A stretch of DNA of 64,000 bases, from contig JAGZHZ010000003.1 in NCBI GenBank assembly GCA_018366495.1, forward strand, positions 32,611 to 96,610. Direction: 5' to 3'. This DNA is from Clostridiales bacterium (lineage in GTDB: Bacteria; Bacillota; Clostridia; Lachnospirales; Lachnospiraceae). The notes below the pieces were generated by a model. It had not been told where the DNA came from. It was given only the letters and a program-made list of their open reading frames with translations, and did not search any database. Positions within the stretch are counted from its first letter, which is position 1, and each line of letters begins with the position of its first letter. This document shows positions 49,226 to 60,183 of the stretch, one piece after another. Made by a program: the position numbers and the translations under genes.

Positions 49226-52200
49226 TTATCCCTGAAAATCAAACAGCGATAATTGATTTGATTCCGGAAGTCCATTTAAAATTCCCAGCTCTGTCATCAG
49301 ATCAATCACAGTCTTGCTGACCTTCGTCCGCTCCCGAAAATCATCTTTTGATAAAAATGTTCCCTCTTTCGCCGCATCTACCACAGCGTCCGCCGCCTTA
49401 TCTCCAAGTCCCTCTATTGTGCTTAAAGCCGGCATCAGCTTGCCGTCTAAAATCTGGAATCGTCTCGCCTGGGCCTTGTACAGATCAATCGGCAGGAATG
49501 TAAAGCCTCTGGCATACATTTCACGCACAATTTTCATATCTTTATAGGTATCCTGTTCTTTTTTCGACAGCTTATCATATCTTTTTTTGTATTCTTCCAT
49601 ATGATATAACAGTTTTGCCTGTCCCTGACACATCAGTTCATAGCTAAAAGAAGACGCCCGAATGCTGAAGTAAGCTGCATAGTAAGCAAGCGGATAAAAT
49701 ATCTTAAACCATGCAATACGGAATGCCATCATGACGTACGCCGCTGCATGGGCTTTCGGAAACATATATTTAATCTTTTTGCAAGACCAGATATACCAGT
49801 CCGGAACATCATGTTTAAGCATCTCTTCTTCCCATTCCGGCTTCAGGCCTTTTCCCTTTCTTACACTTTCCATAATTGTAAAGGAAAGTTCACTCTCCAA
49901 TCCCATATGAATCAGATATGTCATAATATCATCTCGCGTACAGATCGCTGTTGAGATCGTCGCCTTTCCCTCCTGAATCAATGTCTGCGCATTTCCAAGC
50001 CACACATCCGTTCCGTGCGACAATCCAGAAATACGCACCAAGTCGGAAAAGGATTTTGGCTTTGTATCTACGAGCATCTGAATAACAAAGTCTGTTCCAA
50101 ATTCAGGTATACCAAGCGCTCCAAGCGGACAACCGTCGATATCCTCCGGTGTAATCTTCAGCGCAGATGTATTTAAAAATAAAGACATCACTTCTTTATT
50201 ATCGAGAGGAATTGTCTTTGCATCAATTCCTGTAAGGTCTTCCAGCATTCGGATCATCGTCGGATCATCATGGCCGAGAATATCGAGTTTTAATAAGTTA
50301 TGATCAATAGAATGGTAATCAAAGTGCGTTGTGATAATGTCTGTTGTCATATCATTTGCCGGATGCTGCACCGGTGTAAAAGAATAAATCTCTTCTCCAT
50401 GAGGAAGCACGATAATTCCTCCCGGATGCTGTCCTGTCGTTCTTCTGACCCCAACGCAGCCCTGTGCAATTCTGGCTACTTCACATCCTCTTTTACTTTC
50501 GCCATGTTCTTCAAAATAATTTTTCACATATCCATATGCCGTTTTCTCAGCCAGAGTGCCGATCGTTCCGGCACGGAAAGTCTGACCTTCTCCAAAGATA
50601 ACTTCTGTATATTTATGAGCCTTACTCTGATAATCGCCTGAAAAGTTCAAATCAATATCCGGTTCTTTGTTTCCTTTAAATCCTAAAAATGTCTCAAATG
50701 GAATATCAAATCCCTCTTTTTTCAGAGGTTTTCCGCATTTAGGGCAGTCCATATCAGGCATATCGCACCCTGCTCCTCCGACATACGGTTTTACATAGTC
50801 AGAATCAAAATCACTGTAATGACAGTGCGGACAGTAATAATGCGGTCTCAGCGGATTTACCTCTGTAATTCCAGCCATTGTAGCTACAAACGAAGATCCA
50901 ACCGATCCTCTGGAACCTACAAGATAACCATCCTCATTCGATTTCCACACAAGCTTCTGCGCGATAATATACATCACCGCAAATCCGTTTGAAATGATGG
51001 AATTGAGTTCTCTCTCCAGCCGTTCTTTTACGACTTCCGGCAATTCCTCTCCATATATTTCATGCGCCCTGTTATAACAGATATCACGCAGTGTCTGATC
51101 TGAATTTTCAATGACAGGAGGACATTTATCAGGGCGTACAGGTGAAATTTTTTCACACATATCTGCAATTTTTCTTGTATTTGTGATAACAACCTCTTTT
51201 GCTTTATCGCTGCCCAGATATGAAAATTCTTTCAGCATCTCCTCCGTCGTGCGCAGATACAGCGGAGCCTGCTCGTCTGCATCATCAAATCCTTTTCCTG
51301 CCATGATAATACGCCGATACACTTCATCTTCCGGGTCGAGAAAGTGGACATCGCACGTCGCAACCACCATCTTCTGAAACTCTTCCCCCAGCTTCACTAT
51401 TCTTTTATTGATACGGATCAGATCTTCTTCTGACTGAATGTTTGGATACTTATCGCTGCGGATCATAAACCCGTTGTTTCCAAGAGGCTGAATTTCATAA
51501 TAATCATAGAATTCAGCAAGCCGTGCCACTTCCTGTTCGGGACGATCATTCAGAATCGCCTGATACAGCTCTCCTGCTTCACATGCCGACCCAATCAGCA
51601 GACCTTCTCTGTTTTTCAGAAACTCACTTTTTGGAATTCGCGGTCTTCTGTTATAATATTGAAGATGAGAATAGGAAATCAGCCGATACAGATTGATTCT
51701 GCCCACATCATTTGTAGCGAGTAAAATTGCATGGTATGTGGGCATCTTTTTTATCTTATCCGTATTATTTGCCCCAAGTTCATTTACCTGATCGAGAGAT
51801 ATAATCTCTCTGTCTTTCAGCATTTTTACAAATTTCACAAAAATTTCTGCCGTACACTCTGCATCATCGACTGCACGGTGATGATTTTCCAATGAAATCT
51901 GCAGTGTTTTCGCCACGGTATCCAGTTTATAGCGGTTGAGCTGCGGAAGCAGAACTCTGGCAAGCGCCACCGTGTCAATACTCGTAAATTCTCTCTCTAT
52001 TTTCTGTCTTCTGCAGTTCTCCAAAATAAAGCTCATATCAAACGATGCGTTGTGCGCTACCATAACAGCTCCCTCGCAGAATTTTAAAAACTGCGGTAAA
52101 ATCACATCAATCGTGTCACTGTCCATCACCATCGCATCGTTGATCCCTGTCAATTCTTCAATCCGAAATGGAATCGGAACTTTTGGATTTACAAATGTGC

Positions 52201-53665
52201 TGAATCGGTCTGTGATTTTTCCATTCTCCACACGTACTGCGCCAATCTCAATAATCTTGTTGTGAACAGGACTGAATCCTGTTGTCTCCAGATCAAATAC
52301 GACAAATGTTCCGTCCAGACTCTGATTTTTAGAATTTTCCACAAGACTTTGCAGATCATCGACCAGATATGCTTCTGTCCCATAAATCACCTTAAAATCA
52401 TCATCCGGTGAGACTGCATGGTTGGCATCTGTAAACGCCTGAACGACGCCATGATCTGTGATGGCGATGGCCTTATGTCCCCATTTGGCTGCACGCTTGA
52501 TAATGTCTTTGACATCGGACACGCCATCCATATCGCTCATCTTCGTATGGCAGTGCAGTTCCACTCTCTTTTCTGCATAGGTATCTTTTCTCTCCACGCG
52601 GAAATCCTGAATCTTTTTAATTCCGACAAGAGAGCCGATCGTCAACTGGCTGTCAAAGCGGTCGATCGTCGTCACTCCCTTTACTTTCAAAAAAGCACCT
52701 TTTTTGATATGTGACAGGATCTCCTCACATTGATCTTTTTTCACAAAGATCTTCATCACAAACGTATCGGTAAAGTCTGAAAGCTGAAAAATCACAATCG
52801 TCTTTTCATTTCTGATCTCTTTTGTCTCTACCTCGAGCACTTGACCGTGTACTGCAACTTCTCCCATCTCTCCCTGAATATTTTTCATCGGAATAATCTC
52901 ATCGTCAAAGCTTCTTCCGTAAATTACATCCGGGTCATCTGATCTTTTCACGTTGGAATAATAGTTCTCCCGCCGCTCAAATTTGAGAATATTGCCATTT
53001 TTCGGCTTCTCCTTCGCTGTTTCTTTCTGCTCTGCCTTTTCTTCCTGCTGACTCTTCTTCTCTTCTCGGATTTCTGCACGTCTTTGTTTTACCTGCTCAA
53101 TCACAGCCTCGACTTCCTGCTCAATCTGAATCTGACTGTTTTTCTTTTCCAGGCTTTCCTCTGCCTTCTCGATCTCTGCATCAATCAGTACAGAGAATCC
53201 GCATCTGTCATCGAAAATTTTTTCCAAAATTCTCACTAAATCTTTCAGCTTCTCTTCCAGAAAAGCAGAATCAGGTACTTTCATTTTCAGCTCTCTTTCA
53301 TTTTTAAATGAAAATTCTGCCTGACGAAACAGATTGTATTCAAATATACTATATTGTTTCAGCTCCATCAAAATACTGCTGCGATACTCTTCCAGCAGTA
53401 TTTGCGGCGTATATTGCTTTGACAGTTTGAATTTTTCAATGATCTTGACCTGAATATCAATTCCTTGAAAGATCTGCTGTGCAATTTCATGTTCCATCTG
53501 ATAGATATATTTTTTTTTGATCAGCTTTTCACTGTACAGAAAAATATGTAAAAAATCTTTTCTGGAAGTAACACTTACTTTCGTCACCTGCGCTTCCCCA
53601 AACAGCATTTTCAATGTACTGTTCAGATTCAGCGTAGAAAATACATCAAAAAAAGGTTTTCCCAT
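49226..53665 (-). CDS. polC: PolC-type DNA polymerase III alpha subunit
   Basis: About 1480 aa with PHP domain (HCHTKMSDMDG), DEDDh exonuclease (DLETTG), the Zn-finger CPHCH...CPKCG and the Pol III palm/fingers. The ORF-track first codon is GTG. The likely ATG is at 53663..53665. Confidence 0.95.
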   Translation of the reverse strand: MGKPFFDVFSTLNLNSTLKMLFGEAQVTKVSVTSRKDFLHIFLYSEKLIKKKYIYQMEHEIAQQIFQGIDIQVKIIEKFKLSKQYTPQILLEEYRSSILMELKQYSIFEYNLFRQAEFSFKNERELKMKVPDSAFLEEKLKDLVRILEKIFDDRCGFSVLIDAEIEKAEESLEKKNSQIQIEQEVEAVIEQVKQRRAEIREEKKSQQEEKAEQKETAKEKPKNGNILKFERRENYYSNVKRSDDPDVIYGRSFDDEIIPMKNIQGEMGEVAVHGQVLEVETKEIRNEKTIVIFQLSDFTDTFVMKIFVKKDQCEEILSHIKKGAFLKVKGVTTIDRFDSQLTIGSLVGIKKIQDFRVERKDTYAEKRVELHCHTKMSDMDGVSDVKDIIKRAAKWGHKAIAITDHGVVQAFTDANHAVSPDDDFKVIYGTEAYLVDDLQSLVENSKNQSLDGTFVVFDLETTGFSPVHNKIIEIGAVRVENGKITDRFSTFVNPKVPIPFRIEELTGINDAMVMDSDTIDVILPQFLKFCEGAVMVAHNASFDMSFILENCRRQKIEREFTSIDTVALARVLLPQLNRYKLDTVAKTLQISLENHHRAVDDAECTAEIFVKFVKMLKDREIISLDQVNELGANNTDKIKKMPTYHAILLATNDVGRINLYRLISYSHLQYYNRRPRIPKSEFLKNREGLLIGSACEAGELYQAILNDRPEQEVARLAEFYDYYEIQPLGNNGFMIRSDKYPNIQSEEDLIRINKRIVKLGEEFQKMVVATCDVHFLDPEDEVYRRIIMAGKGFDDADEQAPLYLRTTEEMLKEFSYLGSDKAKEVVITNTRKIADMCEKISPVRPDKCPPVIENSDQTLRDICYNRAHEIYGEELPEVVKERLERELNSIISNGFAVMYIIAQKLVWKSNEDGYLVGSRGSVGSSFVATMAGITEVNPLRPHYYCPHCHYSDFDSDYVKPYVGGAGCDMPDMDCPKCGKPLKKEGFDIPFETFLGFKGNKEPDIDLNFSGDYQSKAHKYTEVIFGEGQTFRAGTIGTLAEKTAYGYVKNYFEEHGESKRGCEVARIAQGCVGVRRTTGQHPGGIIVLPHGEEIYSFTPVQHPANDMTTDIITTHFDYHSIDHNLLKLDILGHDDPTMIRMLEDLTGIDAKTIPLDNKEVMSLFLNTSALKITPEDIDGCPLGALGIPEFGTDFVIQMLVDTKPKSFSDLVRISGLSHGTDVWLGNAQTLIQEGKATISTAICTRDDIMTYLIHMGLESELSFTIMESVRKGKGLKPEWEEEMLKHDVPDWYIWSCKKIKYMFPKAHAAAYVMMAFRIAWFKIFYPLAYYAAYFSIRASSFSYELMCQGQAKLLYHMEEYKKRYDKLSKKEQDTYKDMKIVREMYARGFTFLPIDLYKAQARRFQILDGKLMPALSTIEGLGDKAADAVVDAAKEGTFLSKDDFRERTKVSKTVIDLMTELGILNGLPESNQLSLFDFQG

Positions 53666-53666
53666 G

Positions 53667-54722
53667 TTATTCACTCCAGTTTAATAATTCTTCCCTCAGG
53701 GCTAAAAGCAGCTGGTCTTCCGGAAGTTTGCGCACAACCTGACCTTTTTTTATCAGAAGCCCTTCTCCTTTGCCTCCCGCAATTCCGATATCTGCCTCTT
53801 TTGCCTCTCCGGGACCGTTGACTACACATCCCATGACTGCAACTTTTAAGTTGAGCGGGATGTCAGCAACCATATTCTCCACGCGGTTTGCAAGTCCAAT
53901 CAGATCAATCTGTGTTCTTCCGCAGGTAGGGCAGGAGACAACCTCTATTCCACCCTTTCTCAAACCAAGCGTTCTCAATATCAATTTCGCTGATTTGATT
54001 TCTTCGATCGGATCTCCCGTCAGAGAAACGCGGATAGTGTCTCCGATTCCTTTTGATAAAATCAGTCCCAGCCCGACTGCCGACTTGATATTTCCAGATA
54101 ACAACGTACCTGCTTCTGTGATTCCCACATGAAGAGGATACGTTGTCTGTTCCGCAATCAGCTCATGCGCTTTCGCACACATCAGCACATCGGAAGATTT
54201 AATGCTGATTACAATCTGATCATACCCTGCTTCCTCTATCATATGTGCTTTATCTAATGCGCTTTCTACAATTCCTTCTGCTGTCACGCCGTGGTCCCGC
54301 TCTACAATTTCTTTTTCAAGCGAGCCGCTGTTTACTCCGACACGAATCGGAATGTTTCTCTCTTTTGCTGCATCGACAACGGCTTTCAGCCGCTCTTTGC
54401 TTCCAATATTTCCAGGATTAATCCTGATTTTATCTGCGCCGTGTTCGATAGCTGCGATTGCCAGACGGTAATCAAAATGAATATCCGCAACTAAAGGAAT
54501 AGAAATTTGTTTTTTAATCTCGGACAATGCCGCTGCCGCCTCCATTGTCGGAACGGCGCAGCGAATGATTTCACATCCTGCCGCCTCCAGGCGTTTAATC
54601 TGAGCAATCGTTGACTCTATATCTTCTGTCCTTGTATTTGTCATAGACTGAATTAAAATCGGATTTCCCCCGCCAATTACACGGTCTCCAATCGAAATAA
54701 CTTTTGTATGGTCTCTATACAT
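53667..54722 (-). CDS. ispG: 4-hydroxy-3-methylbut-2-enyl diphosphate synthase
   Basis: GcpE family similarity and the C-terminal CPTCGRT Fe-S cysteines. ATG at 54720..54722 with GGAGGG RBS. Confidence 0.9.
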   Translation of the reverse strand: MYRDHTKVISIGDRVIGGGNPILIQSMTNTRTEDIESTIAQIKRLEAAGCEIIRCAVPTMEAAAALSEIKKQISIPLVADIHFDYRLAIAAIEHGADKIRINPGNIGSKERLKAVVDAAKERNIPIRVGVNSGSLEKEIVERDHGVTAEGIVESALDKAHMIEEAGYDQIVISIKSSDVLMCAKAHELIAEQTTYPLHVGITEAGTLLSGNIKSAVGLGLILSKGIGDTIRVSLTGDPIEEIKSAKLILRTLGLRKGGIEVVSCPTCGRTQIDLIGLANRVENMVADIPLNLKVAVMGCVVNGPGEAKEADIGIAGGKGEGLLIKKGQVVRKLPEDQLLLALREELLNWSE

Positions 54723-54765
54723 AAATATATCCCTCCATTCTGACCTCAAAATCACCTGTTTTTTT

Positions 54766-54774
54766 ATTATACCA
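54766..54774 (-). promoter_or_regulatory. Extended -10 (TGgTATAAT) candidate for ispG/polC operon
   Basis: Located about 45 nt upstream of the ispG ATG, preceded by a weak -35 (TGTGAA) at 17-nt spacing. Confidence 0.35.
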
Positions 54775-54866
54775 TGGCTTTGTTTTTTTTCACACTTTTT
54801 TTTACATCAGAAAAGACTGAGAATCTTTTTCAGTCATCTCAGCCTTCTTACTTTCTCTCAGATTTT

Positions 54867-55937
54867 CTATTTCACTTCCACGGTCCAGTGATGTGTATCT
54901 TCCAATTTTCCCAGCTGAATTCCTGTCACTGTATCATACAGTTTCTGGCTGACTGGTCCGATTCCTCCGTCTCCAATCTCAAAAACTTCCTCCTCATAGC
55001 GCAGGTGTCCTACTGGAGAAATGACTGCTGCTGTTCCGCTGCCCCAGACTTCTTCCAATGCGCCGGTTCTTGCAGCCTCCACTAATTCTTCAACAGAAAC
55101 TCTTCTTTCTTCTACTGGCATTCCCCATTCTCTGCAAAGTGCGATACATGTATTTCTTGTAACGCCTGGAAGAATACTTCCGTTCAGCATCGGAGTCACT
55201 ACCGTGCCATTGATCTTAAAGAAAATATTCATTGCTCCTACTTCTTCGATATATTTTCGCTCTACGCCATCCAGCCATAATACCTGTGAGTATCCTTCAT
55301 CGTGTGCTTTCACCTGTGCCGCAAGGGAAGCAACGTAATTTCCTCCCGTCTTTGCCTCGCCGATTCCGCCTCTGACTGCACGCACATATTCGTCCTCAAT
55401 CCAGATTTTTACCGGATTAAGGCCTTCCGGATAGTAAGCGCCTACTGGTGAAAGAATGATAATAAATTTATAGGTATCTGACGGACGTACACCTAAAAAT
55501 GGATCTGTGGCAATCACAAACGGTCTGATGTATAAAGAAGTACCCGGTTTTGTAGGAATCCATGCCTCGTCTGTTTTTACCAAGGTCCGAATCGCATTTA
55601 AAAAGTCTTCCGGATCAATCTCAGGAATCATCAGACGACGATTCGAATTGTTCGCCCTCTCAATGTTTTTGTCCGGACGGAATAATAACGTTCTTCCATC
55701 CTCTGTCTTATAAGCTTTTAATCCTTCAAACATCTCCTGACCATAGTGAAATACCATCGCAGAAGGCTCCAGAACAATTGGCTGATACGGAACAATCCGC
55801 GGATCATGCCATCCTTTTCCTTTTGTATAGTCCATCACATACATATGATCTGTAAAGATTGTTCCGAATACTAATGGATTTTCCGGTCCTGGGATCGGTT
55901 TTGGATTTGTTGTTTTTTCGATTTTAATGTCAAGCAT
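54867..55937 (-). CDS. ilvE: Branched-chain amino acid aminotransferase
   Basis: Class IV aminotransferase similarity throughout. Start ATG at 55935..55937 gives GGGAGG at 9-nt spacing. Confidence 0.85.
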   Translation of the reverse strand: MLDIKIEKTTNPKPIPGPENPLVFGTIFTDHMYVMDYTKGKGWHDPRIVPYQPIVLEPSAMVFHYGQEMFEGLKAYKTEDGRTLLFRPDKNIERANNSNRRLMIPEIDPEDFLNAIRTLVKTDEAWIPTKPGTSLYIRPFVIATDPFLGVRPSDTYKFIIILSPVGAYYPEGLNPVKIWIEDEYVRAVRGGIGEAKTGGNYVASLAAQVKAHDEGYSQVLWLDGVERKYIEEVGAMNIFFKINGTVVTPMLNGSILPGVTRNTCIALCREWGMPVEERRVSVEELVEAARTGALEEVWGSGTAAVISPVGHLRYEEEVFEIGDGGIGPVSQKLYDTVTGIQLGKLEDTHHWTVEVK

Positions 55938-56113
55938 TTTCTTCATCCTCCCGAATAATTGATTCACTTTCTCTAATTATTATACTTTCCTTTCACTTTG
56001 TCAAGGTAAAACAGTAAACTGTCTCTGTTTTTCTGTTTTACCTCTTCCATCCATGTGCAATCGTTTAAGCTTCTCATGACCGAAATCACGAATATTCCCG
56101 CCTTATTTATAAT

Positions 56114-56608
56114 TTATAAATTTTTTCTTTCATACTGCAGAAAATAGTATTCCAGATCAAAGTACGTCTGCTCATCACTCTCTGCTGTAATTTCCCATTC
56201 GGAACATTCATCCAGATTTGGAACGTATGTATCTGCCTCAAAAGCATGGTCAATTTTCGTCACATGCGCCCTGCTGCAGTACGGGAGAAGCTGTTTATAC
56301 ACTGTGCCGCCCCCGATCACATAAATATCTTCACTGTCATATTTTTTCAGTTCTTCCTGCAATTCTTCCAGAGAATGAACCAGAATTGCTCCCTTTGCTT
56401 TATAAGTTTTATTTTTTGTCAAAACAATATTGATTCTGTTTGGAAGAGGCATACCATTTGGAAAACTCTCCAGCGTCTTTCTGCCCATTACAACGACTTT
56501 TCCTGTCGTCATCTCTCGAAAAAACTTCTTATCTCTCGGAATATTCACCAGCAGTTCATTTTTATTACCAATCGCCCAGTTTTTATCTACCGCTACAATC
56601 AGATTCAT
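56114..56608 (-). CDS. folA: Dihydrofolate reductase
   Basis: MNLIVAVDKNWAIGNKNELL...VVMGRKTLESFP...YVIGGG DHFR signature. 164 aa. Confidence 0.9.
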   Translation of the reverse strand: MNLIVAVDKNWAIGNKNELLVNIPRDKKFFREMTTGKVVVMGRKTLESFPNGMPLPNRINIVLTKNKTYKAKGAILVHSLEELQEELKKYDSEDIYVIGGGTVYKQLLPYCSRAHVTKIDHAFEADTYVPNLDECSEWEITAESDEQTYFDLEYYFLQYERKNL

Positions 56609-56630
56609 TTTTGTCTCTCCTCTAAAAATC

Positions 56631-56655
56631 TGCGGGATAAAATAATTTTATCCCG
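56631..56655 (-). terminator. Hairpin terminator/attenuator between pepV and folA
   Basis: GCGGGATAAAA-TAA-TTTTATCCCGC followed by ATTTTTA on the minus strand. Confidence 0.45.
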
Positions 56656-56678
56656 CACACCATGTAAATTTTATACGA

Positions 56679-58085
56679 TTATAAATTACACAATTTTATA
56701 ATTGCATCTGCAAAAATTTTAGCGCTCATAAACAACACGTCAAGCAGCATAAATTCGTCATCGCCGTGCATATGATTATCCACTGCAGGATCTTCGCATC
56801 CAAATGCAACTCCTCGTTTTAAATGATGTACATAAGTTCCGCCTCCGATTGCCAGTGGTTTTCCTTTTATGCCAGTATATCGCTCATAACTTTCCAGAAG
56901 CGTCTCCACAAGAGGTGAGTCAGCCGGCACATGATGCGGCGGAGTCATCTCTCCCCCTTCCATCACAATACCTTCTGCTTCTAATTTTTTGCGGATCGTC
57001 TCTGTCAGATTTTCATCATTTGCACAGATCGGAGCACGACTGTCAAATTCTCCTCTCAGAGAAGTTTCGTCATAGTGGAATACGCTGAAGCAGATTGTCA
57101 ATTTTCCTGAAATTTCATCCTCCATGTTGATTCCAAGAGCTTCTCCCTGATGGTCATGATGTGGGAATAATTTTGCTGTGGCACACAATTTTTCAAATCC
57201 TGCGCTTTTTGCTGCCGGAAGTGAAACAAGCAATGTAACCAGCGCTGTCACTGCGTTCACTCCTCCGTCCGGCGCTGAAGCATGTGCTGACTGTCCCTTG
57301 CAGGAAACAATTATTTTTCCGTCTTCCTGTGTCATCTCAAAGCTTGCTTTTGTACTGTTTTCTGCTTCTTTTACTTTCTCCTGTACAACTTCCATTGAAA
57401 ATCCTTCCAGAACGGCTTTTGCTCTTCCCGGAACTACATTTGATTTATCTCCTCCGTCCACAGATACAATCTTCGGCAAATCTGCTGACTTCTCAAAAGA
57501 AGCTGTAAACTCCTTTGAAAGACGTCCCTTTTCAATATTAATTACCGGGAAATCAGCATCCGGTGTAAATGACATTGGCGCTTCCTCTTCAATACCGTAA
57601 TAATACTCTAAATCCTCAGATCCGCACTCTTCATCCGCGCCTAAAATCAAACGCACATTTTTCTTTAATGGAATATTCAGATCTTTGATTGCTTTCATCG
57701 CATAAAGAGCCGCAATCGCAGGTCCTTTATCATCAGCTGTTCCTCTTCCGTAAATGCGATCACCTACAACAAGTGGAACAAATGGCTTTGTCACTGTCCA
57801 GTCGTCTGTAACCGGAACAACATCTAAATGTGCCAGAATGTCCAACTGTTTTTCTTTTTCAGAAAAATCTGCTGTCACAACATGGTTTTCATAATTTTTT
57901 GTGATGAATCCTGCCTTTTCCATCATTTCTTTTGCCGCTGCGATCGCTTTTGCTGCCCCTTCACCGTATGGCATCCCCTCTTTTGCCGCTGTTCTTTGAC
58001 TGTCAATGCGCACCAGCGTTTTTAAGTCTTCAATCATTTCCTCTTTATGCGTGTCAATATAATGGTCAATCTGTTCTCTGTACAT
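56679..58085 (-). CDS. pepV: M20-family dipeptidase (PepV/Sapep-type)
   Basis: M20 metal-binding motifs (HLDVVP, GTADDKG, EECGS). 468 aa. Confidence 0.8.
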   Translation of the reverse strand: MYREQIDHYIDTHKEEMIEDLKTLVRIDSQRTAAKEGMPYGEGAAKAIAAAKEMMEKAGFITKNYENHVVTADFSEKEKQLDILAHLDVVPVTDDWTVTKPFVPLVVGDRIYGRGTADDKGPAIAALYAMKAIKDLNIPLKKNVRLILGADEECGSEDLEYYYGIEEEAPMSFTPDADFPVINIEKGRLSKEFTASFEKSADLPKIVSVDGGDKSNVVPGRAKAVLEGFSMEVVQEKVKEAENSTKASFEMTQEDGKIIVSCKGQSAHASAPDGGVNAVTALVTLLVSLPAAKSAGFEKLCATAKLFPHHDHQGEALGINMEDEISGKLTICFSVFHYDETSLRGEFDSRAPICANDENLTETIRKKLEAEGIVMEGGEMTPPHHVPADSPLVETLLESYERYTGIKGKPLAIGGGTYVHHLKRGVAFGCEDPAVDNHMHGDDEFMLLDVLFMSAKIFADAIIKLCNL

Positions 58086-58108
58086 AATTTTGTTTCCTTC
58101 CTTTTTTT

Positions 58109-59125
58109 CTATTCATCAGGCAAAATAACCGGAATTTCATTTTCTTTCTTTATTTCATTTTCTTTCTTTTCTTCCGAACAAATTATAATCGCCTGGCGTT
58201 CCATATCGTTATAATGGCGTTCAAACGCCGTTCTGTCATAGTCTACAATGCCTCTTAAAGGATCGCAAACTTTTACTGTGTCATTTTTCAGACTGAACCC
58301 CGTTAAGACCATACAATGCTCATTTCCAGGCCATGTCACCTGTTCTCCATCAATTTCCCAAGAACCAATTTCTACTATCTCCTGGTCAATATACATACTT
58401 CCCCATACAATAACAGGATATCCATAGCGGAGTGCTTCATACAAATCTTCAAATTTTGTCCCTGTCAGGTCAATCGCTCTCTTATCCGTTTTTTGTTCCT
58501 CCAGATATTGATTCGCTGCATCGGCAAGAACAGGGGCAAAACATCCAAATGCTTCCGGAGATCTGGGATCTCCCCAGAAAATTTCACGATAGCTTTCAGA
58601 GGCTGGCTCGCCTTTTTTCAGATACTGATCAGATAATTCTCCGATTGTCACATCAAATCCTTCATAGTTCAATACCATTGTCATGGAAGTCACTTCACAC
58701 CCAGTTGGAAAATCTGGATACTGTGCAAGAGGATATACACCAATCCAAATCTCATCTGAATCATTTCTCTCCGGCTTGACCTTCTCTCCCTTATTTTTTT
58801 CCAGAAGATCAATCCGTTTCGGATCAGCGCCTTCCATTATCTGTTCATCAAAATTCCAGAGGTATTCTAAAGATTCCGGCTTACTATATGTTTCCAGTTC
58901 TTCTGATTCCTCATAAAATTCTTCTTCGCCATAATTATAGTATTCTTCCCGCACAATCCACTCCTCTTCTTCTAATGTATCATATTCTTCTGGATTATAT
59001 TCTTCCCACGGCATTTCGGCTTCTTCTGCACAGACAGTTTCTGCTTTGCCGCCTGAAAGAGGAAAGTCAAATGCGGACAGCAGCACCATTCCTCCTGCCA
59101 ATATATAAATTATCTTTTTTTTCAT
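58109..59125 (-). CDS. Secreted protein with C39-like (papain-fold) cysteine peptidase domain
   Basis: Signal peptide MKKKIIYILAGGMVLLSA. YPDFPTGCEVTSMTMVLNY resembles the C39-like catalytic Cys region. ATG at 59123..59125 with AAAGGA RBS. Confidence 0.4.
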   Translation of the reverse strand: MKKKIIYILAGGMVLLSAFDFPLSGGKAETVCAEEAEMPWEEYNPEEYDTLEEEEWIVREEYYNYGEEEFYEESEELETYSKPESLEYLWNFDEQIMEGADPKRIDLLEKNKGEKVKPERNDSDEIWIGVYPLAQYPDFPTGCEVTSMTMVLNYEGFDVTIGELSDQYLKKGEPASESYREIFWGDPRSPEAFGCFAPVLADAANQYLEEQKTDKRAIDLTGTKFEDLYEALRYGYPVIVWGSMYIDQEIVEIGSWEIDGEQVTWPGNEHCMVLTGFSLKNDTVKVCDPLRGIVDYDRTAFERHYNDMERQAIIICSEEKKENEIKKENEIPVILPDE

Positions 59126-59286
59126 ATTCTTTGGTCCTTTCTCAGAAAATATTTTGCTCTTGTTGTCTCGCTCTCTTTCCCTCAAAAGTATACCTTTTGG
59201 AAAATCATCAGTTTTAGCGCTGATTTCCTATAAAAGAAAAATATCCTTCATTTCATGCGCAAGCTTGTGGGATTTACGCCGTAGAT

Positions 59287-60165
59287 TTATAACATTTTCA
59301 TTTTTTCTGCTAAAGCATGAATATATGCCGGTGTTGTGCCGCAGCATCCTCCAACAATCCATGCTCCTTCTCTTATCAGCCGGATCATCGCCTCTGCAAA
59401 TGCTTCTTCTCCCATAGTGTATACCGCTGTTCCTTTCTCATCAATTGTCGGCATTCCGGCATTTGGTTTTACAAGAACTGGAACTTCTGCGACTTTTTTC
59501 ATACCGCGTACAACGGCTTCCAGCTGGTCAGGCCCTACGGAACAGTTTAATCCAACAGCATCCGCTCCCATTGCCTGAAGAGACTCCATTGCTTCCACCG
59601 CACTGCCTCCAAAAAATCCTGTTCCATCCGCGCTGACGGTCATACTGCACATCATCGGCAGATCGCAGACAGCTCTTGCTGCATCAAGCGCTGCCATCGT
59701 CTCTTCTATGCTGATCATTGTCTCAGCCACAAGCAGATCAACCCCGGCATTCGCAAGGCTTGTAATCTGCTCTTTATAGACATCAAATAATTCTTCATAT
59801 GTAATTGTTCCATTTTCCCCGACCGTCTTTCCAGTCGTTGTCAGGTCTCCGGCAATCAGCGCCTGCCCCTGTGCAGCTTCCCGGGAAATATGGACTAATC
59901 GTTCATTGTATTCTTCCACTTTTTTTTCCAGCCCGTATCCCTCAAGTCCGATCCGATTCGCTGAAAAAGTAGGTGCATACAAAATCTGGCTTCCTGCTTT
60001 TTGATATTCTCTTTGAAGTTGAATCAATACATCTTGATGTTCTAAAATCCAAGATTCTGCGCAGATTCCCCTCGGCATTCCACAGGAAAGCAGATTGGAG
60101 CCTGTTGCTCCGTCCAGCAGAACCGGTTTCCATCTGACCAGTTCATTCCACTCTTCTCTCGTCAT
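59287..60165 (-). CDS. Homocysteine S-methyltransferase domain protein
   Basis: Pfam S-methyl_trans-type fold with the Zn-binding GGCCGTTP motif near the C-terminus. 292 aa. Confidence 0.7.
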   Translation of the reverse strand: MTREEWNELVRWKPVLLDGATGSNLLSCGMPRGICAESWILEHQDVLIQLQREYQKAGSQILYAPTFSANRIGLEGYGLEKKVEEYNERLVHISREAAQGQALIAGDLTTTGKTVGENGTITYEELFDVYKEQITSLANAGVDLLVAETMISIEETMAALDAARAVCDLPMMCSMTVSADGTGFFGGSAVEAMESLQAMGADAVGLNCSVGPDQLEAVVRGMKKVAEVPVLVKPNAGMPTIDEKGTAVYTMGEEAFAEAMIRLIREGAWIVGGCCGTTPAYIHALAEKMKML

Positions 60166-60183
60166 AAAATTCTTCCTTTTCTT